Of a stretch of 64,000 nucleotides of DNA, positions 40,906 to 54,500 are shown piece after piece (the stretch's first letter is position 1; each line of letters starts with the position of its first letter). This stretch comes from Eledone cirrhosa. Taxonomy: Eukaryota. A program made the translations under genes and the position numbers. The notes below the pieces were generated by a model, which saw nothing but the letters and a program-made list of their open reading frames with translations, was not told where the DNA came from and did not search any database. The DNA is taken from the NCBI GenBank assembly GCA_964016885.1, contig OZ024765.1:23126001-23190000 (forward strand). Direction: 5' to 3'.

Positions 40906-43900
40906 GATATGTGCAAGAGACTAGATGGAGAGGAGAGTCTGCTAGAGTCCTTGCAGGAAAAAGTCGGTGCTACAAATTTTTCTGGGTGGGAAATGACGAT
41001 GGGATGGGTGGTGTAGGTATACTACTAGGTGACAAGTGGGTAGATAAAGTAATCTCAGTGAACAGGGTGAAAGCAAGATTCATTAAACTCAGACTAGTCC
41101 TGAATAAAACAATTACCACAATAATATCAGCTTACGCACCCCAATCGGGGCTGCCAGACGAACTTAAGGATAGGTTTTACGAGTCCCTAATACACACTAC
41201 TGCTCTAACAAACGAAAATGACTTCCTAATCATTGCAGGAGATTTTAACGGACACGTAGGTAAACGCCGTGATGGCTTCTATAGAGTCCATGGGGGCCAT
41301 GGAGTTGGCACAAGAAATGAAGAAGGATTCAGACTTCTAGAATTCTGCGACGCCAATGACATGTCGATATGTAACACAAACTTTAAAAAACCCGACAACC
41401 ACCTGATCACCTATAGATCAGGGGAGCACTCTAGTCAGATAGATTTTATCCTCATCAGAGGACGTGACAGATGGACGGTCGTAAACACAAAAGCCTTCCC
41501 GAGTGAGGAATGTACCTCCCAACATAGCTTAGTTGTCAGCGACCTCACGGTCAGAACTAGACGAACCTGGAAACAGAAGCCAACCTGGAGAAGAAAAATC
41601 AGGAAGCTGAAAGACCCCTCAGCCAGTAACAGATTTAAAGATATTTTACTCAACGTCTATGACAGTAAAGAAGAACAGATAGAGACATTCAATGTAGAAG
41701 AGCACTGGGAGTTCCTAAAAAATAACTTACTTGAGGCGACGGATGAGATCTGTTGCTGGAGTAAGACCACAGGCAGAAGGAGAGTGACTTGGTGGTGGGA
41801 CAATAAGATAGATGAGGCAGTTAAGGCCAAGAGACAGGCATGGAAAGAATGGAAGAACGGGGGAAGCAGGGTACATTACATAGAGACCAGGAGGGAAGCT
41901 AGGTGACAAGTATACTTAGCTAGGAGGGAAGCAGAGGATAGAAAATTCAAGCATGTTTAACAGGAAGCATGGTTGATGTATATATATGTTTTAAGGGAGA
42001 ATTTCATACTTAAATACTCCTGCGTCGATGGTCACCACTTTTAACAGAAAGTTGTGGTGTGTATCATATATATTAGATTGTAGCAGTAGCAGTTTTATTA
42101 ATCACAGTTTAGCAGAGTTATAGAAGTAGTAATGTAATAGTTATAACGCCACGAGTAATCAGTTTGGTAGGAACATCGACAACAACGTTGGTTTGTTTTA
42201 CATTATTTATTAACAAAGGTTGAGCTGAGTAGAGCTGACATGCCAAGAGAAATAAAACAAACCAATTAAGGTTTTCAGAAAGGCACGGTCTACTGGCTGA
42301 AGTGTTTGGCCAGGCCGTGGTTATATTGTTGTGTTACATATTGGCTAGTGATTTCATGGCGAAAGAAAAATAGGTGTTTACCTTTCAACGGTTCAAGCAG
42401 CAAGAGAGAGATTTCTCGAATCGATGCAGGAATTTTTCCCTCAGGGCACGTAGAGATACATTCTCCTCCGCTGGCTGAGCCAAATAACTCATGGAGAATG
42501 TATAAGAGCCTGCGGAATGTAGGTCACTATACATGTTTTGCAACGTGAGGACCAGAAATAGGTGTTCAAAATCGCGAGGCAGTGTGTCAGAGAGAATTGT
42601 GATGTCATTGGAGAGAAGTGTATCCAGAATGATAAAGGTGAGTTTGCCCTCACAAGTACTGAGAAGAAAGATGCGTGGAAGAGCCCTTATGATAGATTAC
42701 TAAATGAGGGGAATGCATGGGAAGAAGAGACCCTACCCCAAGTAGACCCTATAGAAGGGCCAGCAGTACAAGTCAGCAGCAGCATAGTAAGTAAGGCAAT
42801 CAAAGATATGAAGCCGGGGAAGGCAACTGGTCCCTCGGGTATAGCTGCCGAGATGCTGAAGGCATCTGGGTCTGTAGGTCACACTATAACCACACGTATT
42901 GTTAACCAGGTAATACTAGAAGGTGTCATACCAAAAGATTGGTGCAGTAGCATCTTTGTCAACTGCTACAAAGGTAAAGGTGATGCACTAGATAGAGGAA
43001 ACTATAGAGGTATAAAGCTGATGGACCAGGTCATAAAAGTAACAGAAAGAGTTATAGCACAGTTGATTAGGGACCAGGTGAAACTAGATGAGATGCAATT
43101 TGGGTTTGTGCCAGGAAGAGGCACTACTGATGCCCTCTTCCTTGTAAGGCAGTCACAGGAAAAGTACCTAGCTAAAAGTAAGCCACTCTACCTGGCATTC
43201 GTTGATCTCGAGAAAGCCTTTGACAGAGTTCCCTGTGCTGTAATCTGGTGGGCTCTTAGAAAACTAGGAGTAGATGAATGGCTTGTGAAAGCTGTACAAG
43301 CCATGTATAGGGGAGCAGTCAGCAAAGTTAGGATTAGCAATGACTATAGCGAGGAATTTAGCGTACAGGTCGGTGTCCACCAGGGCTCTGTTCTTAGCCC
43401 TCTCCTGTTCATCATAGTTCTGCAAGCAGTAACGGAGGAGTTTAAGACTGGATGCCCATGGGAACTCCTGTATGCAGATGACCTCGAACTAGAGAAGAAA
43501 TTCCAAACTTGGAAGCAGGTGACAAGAAAGCAAGGGTCTCAAAGTCAACCTGAAAAAGACTAAGGTCCTTGTAGGTAGATGAGAAAACAGAACCCAGATC
43601 CCTTCAGGGAAATGGCCTTGCTCAGTATGTAGGAAAGGTGTAGGTAGGAACTCCATTCTCTGCCCCAAATGCAAACAATGGGTACACAAGAGATGTAGCG
43701 ACATCTCAGGAAGCTTAACTAAGAATGTAGGCTTCACATGCAGCAGCTGTGCTGGGACAGCAAGCAGCAAACAGCCACAGGAAACAAGTACCACCAAACT
43801 TTGGGAGGGTTCTGTAGAAACAGTAGACAGCTTCTGCTACCTAGGTGACCGAATTAGCAGTGGAGGTGGGTGTTCGGAAAGTACAATAACTAGGGTAAGA

Positions 43901-44316
43901 ACGGGATGGAAGAAGTTCAGGGAGCCACTGCTAGCTGCAAAAGGCTTTCCCTTCAAAATGAAAGGCAGACTGTATGATGCGTGTATCCGAACAGCAATGT
44001 TACATGGTAGTGAGACCTGCGCGCTGAAGGTGGAAGACTTGTGTAGATTAGAGAGAAACGAAGCCTGCATGCTCCGATGGATGTGTAATAGTAATATACG
44101 CGAACGACAAAGCATAAATGAATTGAGAGAGACAGAGCATAAGAGGAATCAAATGCTGTGTGCAGGAGAGGCGGTTGTGTTGGTATGGACATGTGATGCG
44201 TATGAAGGAAGACAGCTGCTTAAAAAGGTGCAGAGCACTAGAAGTCGATGGAAACCGCGGAGTGGGGAGACCCAAGATGACCTGGGATGAGGTGATAAAA
44301 GCCGACCTTACCCAAT
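40906..44316 (+). mobile_element. RTE LINE (subfamily A), most of the ORF, degenerate, split by a 573-bp insertion
   Basis: EN at 40911-41958, RT from 42532. The 3' part closely matches 13928-14935; stops and frameshifts present. Confidence 0.92.
41959..42531. mobile_element. Unclassified non-coding insertion, possibly a solo LTR
   Basis: Interrupts the RTE frame between direct repeats catgttt (41952-41958 and 42532-42538). tgtata...tataca at 41977 and 42533. Confidence 0.55.
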
Positions 44317-44529
44317 TATATGCATAATTACACACACACACACACACACATATACGTGTGTATATATATACACACACATATATACACATACATATGTGAA
44401 GGTTATGAAGCCATGAAAACATGCACCTGGAAGAGTTTCAATTTATTTTCATAAATTCTTATTGGTTAATTTAATAACCGGATGGTGGCTTGTTGATTGT
44501 CAACGCTCTTTGACACTCATATATATATG

Positions 44530-45565
44530 TATATTTATATACATAAATTACACAATAATCAAAGCTATGTTCAAATCCTTTTATTGCTGACAATCGTTTC
44601 TTCCAAACTATCCGTTGGAATCATCTGAGCAGTAGCAAGTCTATCATGGCAGTGGGTGGGTGGTGGGGGTGGCTGAACTTGCCTGTAGAACAATGAGGGA
44701 GTGGGTGGAGCTGGTCAAGTGTTGAAAGTGAATTCTATATGGCAAATTCTAAGGGTTGTGTATGAAACTAGGCCAGAGGAAGCAGGGGAAAAAGGATTCT
44801 GGAGAAAATAGAGAAGGGACGTTATAGAATAGGTAAATCAATTGAGATTAGAAGATAATAAATAAGAGAAAAATATATAAAAATATAAAATTGGATGGTA
44901 AGAAGTGATAAAAAACTGTAGAGTCTAAAACAGCTGCTATAATTAGTTGGTGTTGCGTTTTCGGCCAATGCTATCTTTAATTTACTGGGGTGGGGGTACT
45001 GAGGCTACAACAGCCCGATGGGTTGCCTCGGGAAAGGGGGAAGAGGATAGGGAGTGGAAGGAAGTGATAGGAAGAGATAAAGGGAAGAAAAAATAGAAAG
45101 GAAAAGAAAAGAGGTACATCTACTTATGTGTGCTGGGGTTTCCCCTATCTTGTTCGGCAAGTGGGGAAAAGGAAGATGTTGCAGCCATTGTCTACCCACC
45201 CGGGTCATGAGGGGGTTTGAGGGTGAGGTAAGTCCTGCGCAATCCGTGTTTACATGCAGTTACAAGTTCGTCTTTTTTGTTTAAGAGTTGGTCCTTTGTA
45301 AACAGCATTTGTAATGTTTCTTCTGAGCATAAATTACACGGACGGTGTGGACAGTAAGTTCCAAGTAAGATTGTATGTTATGTTATTATCTTGGAGGTCC
45401 CAGATGTGGCCTGAAAGTGTAGTGGCATGTCGCCAGGCCGGGTTTTGGAACATATGTCGGTGTTGGTAGAGCTGGGTCTTAAAGTCACCAGCGGTTAATC
45501 CTATATAGGCTTTGTTGGAGGTTTCCGTCCTCACGTTGATCTACCAATGCAACGTGAGGACGGAC
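44530..45565 (-). mobile_element. Second, older Penelope-like element 3' part
   Basis: AYIGLTAGDFKTQLYQH...TTLSGHIWDL...LLNKKDELVTACKH. Degenerate hammerhead at 44585-44631; short inverted piece at 45539-45565. Confidence 0.82.
44585..44631 (-). ncRNA. Degenerate hammerhead (U4A)
   Basis: Minus strand: tgct-CAGATGA-ttccaa-cggatagt-ttggaa-GAAA-cgattg-TC-agca. Confidence 0.6.
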
Positions 45566-46068
45566 ACCACTTTACAGAATGGACTGGGTGCTTTTTGTCA
45601 TGACACCTACACAACCACTTTACAGAGTGGACTGGGTGTTTTTTGTATGACACCTACACATATTTATAATTTTTGATGATTAAAGAATAAAAGCTAATGA
45701 TAAAATTAAAATAAACTTAAAAAGCAAGGCCCTTCAAGGTGTGTGACCTTAAGCTACATCTTATTCAGCTTATAGGTAAGACCAGTACTGCTTAGTAATG
45801 AAATAACTAATAATTTCAGTAAATCCCTCAAAATTCTTCATTAATTTATTGAAATACAGGGTTCCTATTTAAAAAAAAATCTTCCAATATAAGAACCTTA
45901 TGTTAAGTTACTGTCTTAGTGATGAAATAATAATTTTTTAGTAAATCCCCCAAAAGTTTTGTTAATACTTTTGATATCAATCCACCCAAAACTGGCTCTG
46001 ATTCCAAGAAACAAAACCATCCACTTTAAAGGGTTCCTATTTGATGGCAGCAGCAATGGTGGTGGTGG

Positions 46069-46292
46069 TGCTGAAGCATGAACAAACTCCCTGCATCAGT
46101 TGTTAGCTGTCGGGAGATTTCATCCTTTAAAACCTCCATGTTTCCTGTACACCTAATATTCCCCCTCCATACACACACACATGTATCTGTGTGAATATCA
46201 TGACTCATACACTGCTCACTTTCCTGACATTTGTACATGATTCTATGTACTGTACATGCACCTTTGATGAGTTGTAGTGCACCTGAGCACTG

Positions 46293-46293
<1 letters not shown>
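46069..46293 (+). mobile_element. CR1-type 3' end fragment with a single (unamplified) unit
   Basis: Aligns to 45-115 plus 1267-1441. Confidence 0.8.
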
Positions 46294-46328
<35 letters not shown>

Positions 46329-46535
46329 CCGTTTTACGTCCGTTTTTCTACGCTAGCATGGGTTAGACGGGTTGTCCTGTTGTGGGCAGTGTCTGGCCGG
46401 CTGACCTTGCCTTGCTCATACGGGAACTGATTCTGGCTTTATTTCTACAGCTGGATGCCCTTCCTAACACCAACCTCATTTACAGTGAGTGCTGGGTGCT
46501 TTTTTGCCGTGGCACCTCCACGACCACTTTGCAGT
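46294..46535 (-). mobile_element. RTE subfamily A 3' UTR fragment
   Basis: Reverse complement of about 15050-15325, with a (CAT)n tail. Confidence 0.85.
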
Positions 46536-46580
46536 ACACAATAATTTTCATTGTTATTAATTTATGATGTTTATGATTAA

Positions 46581-47746
46581 GGCAGTGGATTGGCAGTATC
46601 GGTAGAGGGTCAGACGCCATGCTAGGGCAGTGGATTGGCAGTATCGGTAGAGGGTCAGACGCCATGCTAGGGTGGTGGATTGGCAGTATTGGTAGAGGGT
46701 CAGACGCCATGCTAGGGCAGTGGATTGGCAGTATCGGTAGAGGGTCGGACGCCATGCTAGGGTGGTGGATTGGCAGTATCGGTAGAGGGTCAGACGCCAT
46801 GCTAGGGCAGTGGATTGGCAGTATCGGTAGAGGGTCGGACGCCATGCTAGGGTGGTGGATTGGCAGTATCGGTAGAGGGTCAGACGCCATGCTAGGGCAG
46901 TGGATTGGCAGTATCGGTAGAGGGTCAGACGCCATGCTAGGGCAGTGGATTGGCAGTATCGGTAGAGGGTCGGACGCCATGCTAGGGTGGTGGATTGGCA
47001 GTATCGGTAGAGGGTCAGACGCCATGCTAGGGCAGTGGATTGGCAGTATCGGTAGAGGGTCAGACGCCATGCTAGGGCAGTGGATTGGCAGTATCGGTAG
47101 AGGGTCAGACGCCATGCTAGGGCAGTGGATTGGCAGTATCGGTAGAGGGTCAGACGCCATGCTAGGGCAGTGGATTGGCAGTATCGGTAGAGGGTCAGAC
47201 GCCATGCTAGGGCAGTGGATTGGCAGTATCGGTAGAGGGTCGGACGCCATGCTAGGGTGGTGGATTGGCAGTATCGGTAGAGGGTCAGACGCCATACTAG
47301 GGTGGTGGATTGGCAGTATCGGTAGAGGGTCGGACGCCATGCTAGGGTGGTGGATTGGCAGTATCGGTAGAGGGTCAGACGCCATGCTAGGGCAGTGGAT
47401 TGGCAGTATCGGTAGAGGGTCGGACGCCATGCTAGGGTGGTGGATTGGCAGTATCGGTAGAGGGTCAGACGCCATGCTAGGGCAGTGGATTGGCAGTATC
47501 GGTAGAGGGTCAGACGCCATGCTAGGGTGGTGGATTGGCAGTATCGGTAGAGGGTTGACCCCATGCTAGGGTGGTGGATTGGCAGTATCGGTAGAGGGTC
47601 GGACACCATGCTAGGGCGGTGGATTGGCAGTATCGGTAGAGGGTCGGACGCCATGCTAGGGTGGTGGATTGGCAGTATCGGTAGAGGGTCGGACGCCATG
47701 CTAGGGTGGTGGATTGGCAGTATCGGTAGAGCGTCAGACGCCACGC
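46581..47746 (+). repeat. 45-bp minisatellite (about 26 units) made of a SINE 5' head
   Basis: Unit gg(ca/tg)gtggattggcagtatcggtagagggtc(a/g)gacgccatgctag, matching the head of the SINE at 39203-39400. Confidence 0.95.
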
Positions 47747-47888
47747 TCTGACGCATAGAGTTACGGCTCTTGCCATTCTGAGTTCAAATCCCGCCGAGGT
47801 TAACTCTGCCTTACGGGGTCGATAAAATAAAGTACCAGTAATGCACTGGGGTAATTGCTGGCCTTGTGCCAAACGTAGAAACAATTAT
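47705..47888 (+). mobile_element. Meta-domain SINE body following the array
   Basis: B box GAGTTCAAATCC at about 47780, ggggtcgataaaataaagtaccag, tail gtagaaacaattatt. Confidence 0.8.
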
Positions 47889-47968
47889 TTTATGATGTTT
47901 CATTTGAACTACAGTCATGAAAACGTCGAAGTATTCTCCCCATTCATCTGCTTTTCCTCACAGTGTGT

Positions 47969-48247
47969 GGACGTGCATGGCCTAGTGGTAAGGGTGTTGG
48001 ACTTATGATCATAATGTCATGGGTTCGATTCCTGGGTTGTGTGCTGTGTTCTTGAGCAAAACACTTCATTTCACATTGCTCCAGTATACTCAGCTGTAAA
48101 TGAGTACCAACAGCAACAGCTGAGAGTTTAACCCTCCCAAGGACTGATATCCTGTCCAGAGGGAGTCTTGTACTCTCAGTTGCTTAATGTCACAGAATCT
48201 GGAATAGCACCACCCAGGTGCGCCTCTGGGCTTGAGACAGACTTCAG
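47969..48247 (+). mobile_element. Second CORE-SINE family (different 3' tail)
   Basis: A box TGGCCTAGTGG, B box GGTTCGATTCC, CORE-like segment. Tail relatives at about 4895-5020 and 6115-6237. Confidence 0.7.
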
Positions 48248-48567
48248 AAAACTTTTTCCCTTCAGTTCCCCCAACCCCCATATATTTAAATGTAGTTATC
48301 ATATGAACCAAAAGGATTCATTTAAACATTTTTGGTGTTCGATAAAAAAGGGTGGTTTCTCCAGGTACCAGGTCAGGTTATCTAATGAACACAAAGGATT
48401 GGAGTTTGTTCTTTAAAATAACATGTTTTTTCCAGGGTTTCTCAGTAAAGTTAGACAATTCTTCATACAAGTTTAAAACTTCAAACTTAATATGTTATTC
48501 ATTTATCAAGTAGTGTTTTTATAAAGGAAAGAAAATACAAACATATATATTCTTTCTATTATCAAGC

Positions 48568-51500
48568 TTAACCCTTTCATTAGAAATATGGTAATGAAAG
48601 GGTTAATGACATAGACAGTGTCTTTCATTAGAAATATGGTAATGAAAGGGTTAATGACATAGACAGTATCTTTCATTAGAAATATGGTAATGAAAGGGTT
48701 AATGACATAGACCGTGTCTTTCATTAGAAATATGGTAATGAAAGGGTTAATGACATAGACAGTGTCTTTCATTAGAAATATGGCAATGAAAGGGTTAATG
48801 ACATAGACAGTATCTTTCATTAGAAATATGGTAATGAAAGGGTTAATGACATAGACAGTGTCTTTCATTAGAAATATGGTAATGAAAGGGTTAAAGACAT
48901 AGACAGTGTCTTTCATTAGAAATATGTTAATGAAAGGGTTAATGACATAGACAGTGTCTTTCATTAGAAATATGGTAATGAAAGGGTTAATGACATAGAC
49001 AGTGTCTTTCATTAGAAATATGGTAATGAAAGGGCTAATGACATAGACAGTGTCTTTCATTAGACATATGGTAATGAAAGGGTTAAAGACATAGACAGTG
49101 TCTTACATTAGAAATATGGTAATGAAAGGGTTAATGACATAGACAGTGTCTTTCATTAGAAATATGTTAATGAAAGGGTTAATGACATAGACAGTGTCTT
49201 TCATTAGAAATATGGTAATGAAAGGGTTAATGACATACACAGTGTCTTTCATTAGAAATATGGTAATGAAAGGGTTAATGACATAGACAGTGTCATTCAT
49301 TAGAATATATGGTAATGAAAGGGTTAATGACATAGACAGTGTCTTTCATTAGAAATATGGTAATGAAAGGGTTAATGACATAGACAGTGCATTAGAATAT
49401 ATGGTAATGAAAGGGTTAATGACATAGACAGTGTCTTTAATTAGAAATATAGTAATGAAAGGGTTAATGAAATAGACAGTGTCTTTCATGAGAAATATGG
49501 TAATGAAAGGGTTAATGACATAGACAGTGTCTTTCATTAGAAATATGGTAATAAAAGGGTTAATGACATAGACAGTGTCTTTCATTAGAAATATGGTAAT
49601 GAAAGGGTTAATGACATAGACAGTGCGTTTCATTAGAAATATGGTAATGAAAGGGTTAATGACATAGACAGTGTCTTTCATTAGAAATATGGTAATGAAA
49701 GGGTTAATGACATAGACAGTATCTTTCATTAGAAATATGGTAATGAAAGGGTTAATGACATAGACAGTGTCTTTCATTAGAAATATGGTAATGAAAGGGT
49801 TAATGACATAGACAGTGTCTTTCATTAGAAATATGGTAATGAAAGGGTTAATGACATATACAGTGTCATTCATTAGAAATATGGTAATGAAAGGGTTAAT
49901 GACATAGACAGTGTCTTTCATTAGAAATATGGTAATGAAAGGGTTAATGACATAGACAGTGTCTTTCATTAGAAATATGGTAATGAAAGGGTTAAAGACA
50001 TAGACAGTGTCTTTCATTAGAAATATGTTAATGAAAGGGTTAATGACATAGACAGTGTCTTTCATTAGAAATATGGTAATGAAAGGGTTAATGACATAGA
50101 CAGGGTCTTTCATTAGAAATATGGTAATGAAAGGGTTAATGACATAGACAGTGTCTTTCATTAGACATATGGTAATGAAAGGGTTAAAGACATAGACAGT
50201 GTCTTACATTAGAAATATGGTAATGAAAGGGTTAAAGACATAGACAGTGTCTTTCATTAGAAATGTGTTAATGAAAGGGTTAATGACATAGACAGTGTCT
50301 TTCATTAGAAATATGGTAATGAAAGGGTTAATGACATAGACAGTGTCTTTCATTAGAAATATGGTAATGAAAGGGTTAATGACATACACAGTGTCTTTCA
50401 TTAGAAATATGGTAATGAAAGGGTTAATGACATAGACAGTGTCATTCATTAGAATGTATGGTAATGAAAGAGTTAACGACATAGACAGTGTCTTTCATTA
50501 GAAATATGGTAATGAAAGGGTTAATGACATAGACAGTGCATTAGAATATATGGTAATGAAAGGGTTAATGACATAGACAGTGTCTTTAATTAGAAATATA
50601 GTAATGATAGGGTTAATGAAATAGACAGTGTCTTTCATTAGAAATATGGTAATGAAAGTGTTAATGACATAGACAGTGTCTTTCATGAGAAATATGGTAA
50701 TGAAAGGGTTAATGACATATACAGTGTCATTCATTAGAAATATGGTAATGAAAGGGTTAATGACATAGACAGTGTCTTTCATTAGAAATATGGTAATGAA
50801 AGGGTTAATGACATAGACAGTGTCTTTCATTAGAAATATGGTAATGAAAGGGTTAAAGACATAGACAGTGTCTTTCATTAGAAATATGTTAATGAAAGGG
50901 TTAATGACATAGACAGTGTCTTTCATTAGAAATATGGTAATGAAAGGGTTAATGACATAGACAGGGTCTTTCATTAGAAATATGGTAATGAAAGGGTTAA
51001 TGACATAGACAGTGTCTTTCATTAGACATATGGTAATGAAAGGGTTAAAGACATAGACAGTGTCTTTCATTAGAAATGTGTTAATGAAAGGGTTAATGAC
51101 ATAGACAGTGTCTTTCATTAGAAATATGGTAATGAAAGGGTTAATGACATAGACAGTGTCTTTCATTAGAAATATGGTAATGAAAGGGTTAATGACATAC
51201 ACAGTGTCTTTCATTAGAAATATGGTAATGAAAGGGTTAATGACATAGACAGTGTCATTCATTAGAATATATGGTAATGAAAGAGTTAACGACATAGACA
51301 GTGTCTTTCATTAGAAATATGGTAATGAAAGGGTTAATGACATAGACAGTGCATTAGAATATATGGTAATGAAAGGGTTAATGACATAGACAGTGTCTTT
51401 AATTAGAAATATAGTAATGATAGGGTTAATGAAATAGACAGTGTCTTTCATTAGAAATATGGTAATGAAAGTGTTAATGACATAGACAGTGTCTTTCATG

Positions 51501-54500
51501 AGAAATATGGTAATGAAAGGGTTAATGACATAGACAGTGTCTTTCATTAGAAATATGGTAATGAAAGGGTTAATGACATAGACAGTGTCTTTCATTAGAA
51601 ATATGGTAATGAAAGGGTTAATGACATAGACAGTGCGTTTCATTAGAAATATGGTAATGAAAGGGTTAATGACATAGACAGTGTCTTTCATTAGAAATAT
51701 GGTAATGAAAGGGTTAATGACATAGACAGTGTCATTCATTAGAAATATGGTAATGAAAGGGTTAATGACATAGACAGTGTCTTTCATTAGAAATATGGTA
51801 ATGAAAGGGTTAATGACATAGACAGTATCTTTCATTAGAAATATGGTAATGAAAGGGTTAATGACATAGACAGTGTCTTTCATTAGAAATATGGTAATGA
51901 AAGGGTTAATGACATAGACAGTGTCTTTCATTAGAAATATGGTAATGAAAGGGTTAATGACGTAGACAGTGTCTTACATTAGAAATATGATAATGAAAGG
52001 GTTAATGACATAGACAGTGTCTTACATTAGAAATATGGTAATGAAATGGTTAATGACATACACAGTGTCATTCATTAGAAATATGGTAATCAAAGGGTTA
52101 ATAATATAGACTGTCTTTCATTAGAAATATGGTAATGAAAGGGTTAATGACATAGACAGTGTCTTTCATTAGAAATATGGTAATGAAAGGGTTAATGACA
52201 TAGACAGTGTCATTCATTAGAATATATGGTAATGAAAGGGTTAATGACATAGACAGTGTCTTTCATTAGAAATATGGTAATGGAAGGGTTAAAGACATAG
52301 ACAGTGTCTTTCATTAGAAATATGGTAATGAAAGGGTTAATGACATAGACAGTGTCTTACATTAGAAATATGGTAATGAAAGGGTTAAAGACATAGACAG
52401 TGTCTTTCATTAGAAATATGTTAATGAAGGGGTTAATGACATAGACAGTGTCTTTCATTAGAAATATGGTAATGAAAGGGTTAATGACATAGACAGTGTC
52501 TTTCATTAGAAATATGGTAATGAAAGGGTTAATGACATAGACAGTGCATTCGAATATATGGTAATGAAAGGGTTAAAGACATAGACAGTGTCTTTCATTA
52601 GAATTTATGGTAATGAAAGGGTTAATGACATAGACGGTGTCTTTCATTAGATATATGGTAATGAAAGGGTTAATGACATAGACAGTGTCATTCATTAGAA
52701 ATATGGTAATGAAAGGGTTAATGATATAGACTGTCTTTCATTAGAAATATGGTAATGAAAGGGTTAATGACATAGACAGTGCATTCGAATATATGGTAAT
52801 GAAAGGGTTAAAGACATAGACAGTGTCTTTCATTAGAATTTATGGTAATGAAAGGGTTAATGACATAGACAGTGTCTTTCATTAGAAATATGGTAATGAA
52901 AGGGTTAATGACATAGACAGTGCATTAGAATATATGGTAATGAAAGGGTTAATGACATAGACAGTGTCTTTCATTAGAAATATGGTAATGAAAGGTTTAA
53001 AGACATAGACAGTGTCTTTCATTACAATTTATGGTAATGAAGGGGTTAATGACATAGACAGTGTCTTTCATTAGAAATAAGGTACTGGAAGGGTTAATGA
53101 CATAGACAGTATCTTTCATTAGAAATATGGTAATAATAGGGTTAATGACATAGACAGTGTCTTACATTAGAAATATGATAATGAAAGGGTTAATGACATA
53201 GACAGTGTCTTACATTAGAAATATGGTAATGAAAGGGTTAATGACATACACAGTGTCATTCATTAGAAATATGGTAATGAAAGGGTTAATGATATAGACT
53301 GTCTTTCATTAGAAATATGGTAATGAAAGGGTTAATGACATAGACAGTGTCTTTTATTAGAAATATGGTAATGGAAGGGTTAAAGACATAGACAGTGTCT
53401 TTCATTAGAAATATGGTAATGAAAGGGTTAATGACATAGACAGTGTCTTTCATTAGATATATGGTAATGAAAGGGTTAATGACATAGACAGTGTCTTTCA
53501 TTAGAATTTATGGTAATGAAAGGTTTAAAGACATAGACAGTGTCTTACATTAGAAATATGGTAATGAAAGGGTTAAAGACATAGACAGTGTCTTTCATTA
53601 GAAATATGTTAATGAAAGGGTTAATGACATAGACAGTGTCTTTCATTAGAAATATGGTAATGAAAGGGTTAATGACATAGACAGTGTCTTTCATTAGAAA
53701 TATGGTAATGAAAGGGTTAATGACATAGACAGTGCATTCGAATATATGGTAATGAAAGGGTTAAAGACATAGGCAGTGTCTTTCATTAGAATTTATGGTA
53801 TTGAAAGGGTTAATGACATAGACGGTGTCTTTCATTAGATATATGGTAATGAAAGGGTTAATGACATAGACAGTGTCATTCATTAGAATATATGGTAATG
53901 AAAGGGTTAATGACATAGACAGTGTCTTTCATTAGAAATATGGTAATGAAAGGGTTAATGACATAGACAGTGTCTTTCATTAGAAATATGGTAATGAAAG
54001 GGTTAATGACATACACAGTGTCTTTCATTAGAAATATGGTAATGAAAGGGTTAATGACATAGACAGTGTCATTCATTAGAATATATGGTAATGAAAGAGT
54101 TAACGACATAGACAGTGTCTTTCATTAGAAATATGGTAATGAAAGGGTTAATGACATAGACAGTGCATTAGAATATATGGTAATGAAAGGGTTAATGACA
54201 TAGACAGTGTCTTTAATTAGAAATATAGTAATGATAGGGTTAATGAAATAGACAGTGTCTTTCATTAGAAATATGGTAATGAAAGTGTTAATGACATAGA
54301 CAGTGTCTTTCATGAGAAATATGGTAATGAAAGGGTTAATGACATAGACAGTGTCTTTCATTAGAAATATGGTAATGAAAGGGTTAATGACATAGACAGT
54401 GTCTTTCATTAGAAATATGGTAATGAAAGGGTTAATGACATAGACAGTGCGTTTCATTAGAAATATGGTAATGAAAGGGTTAATGACATAGACAGTGTCT

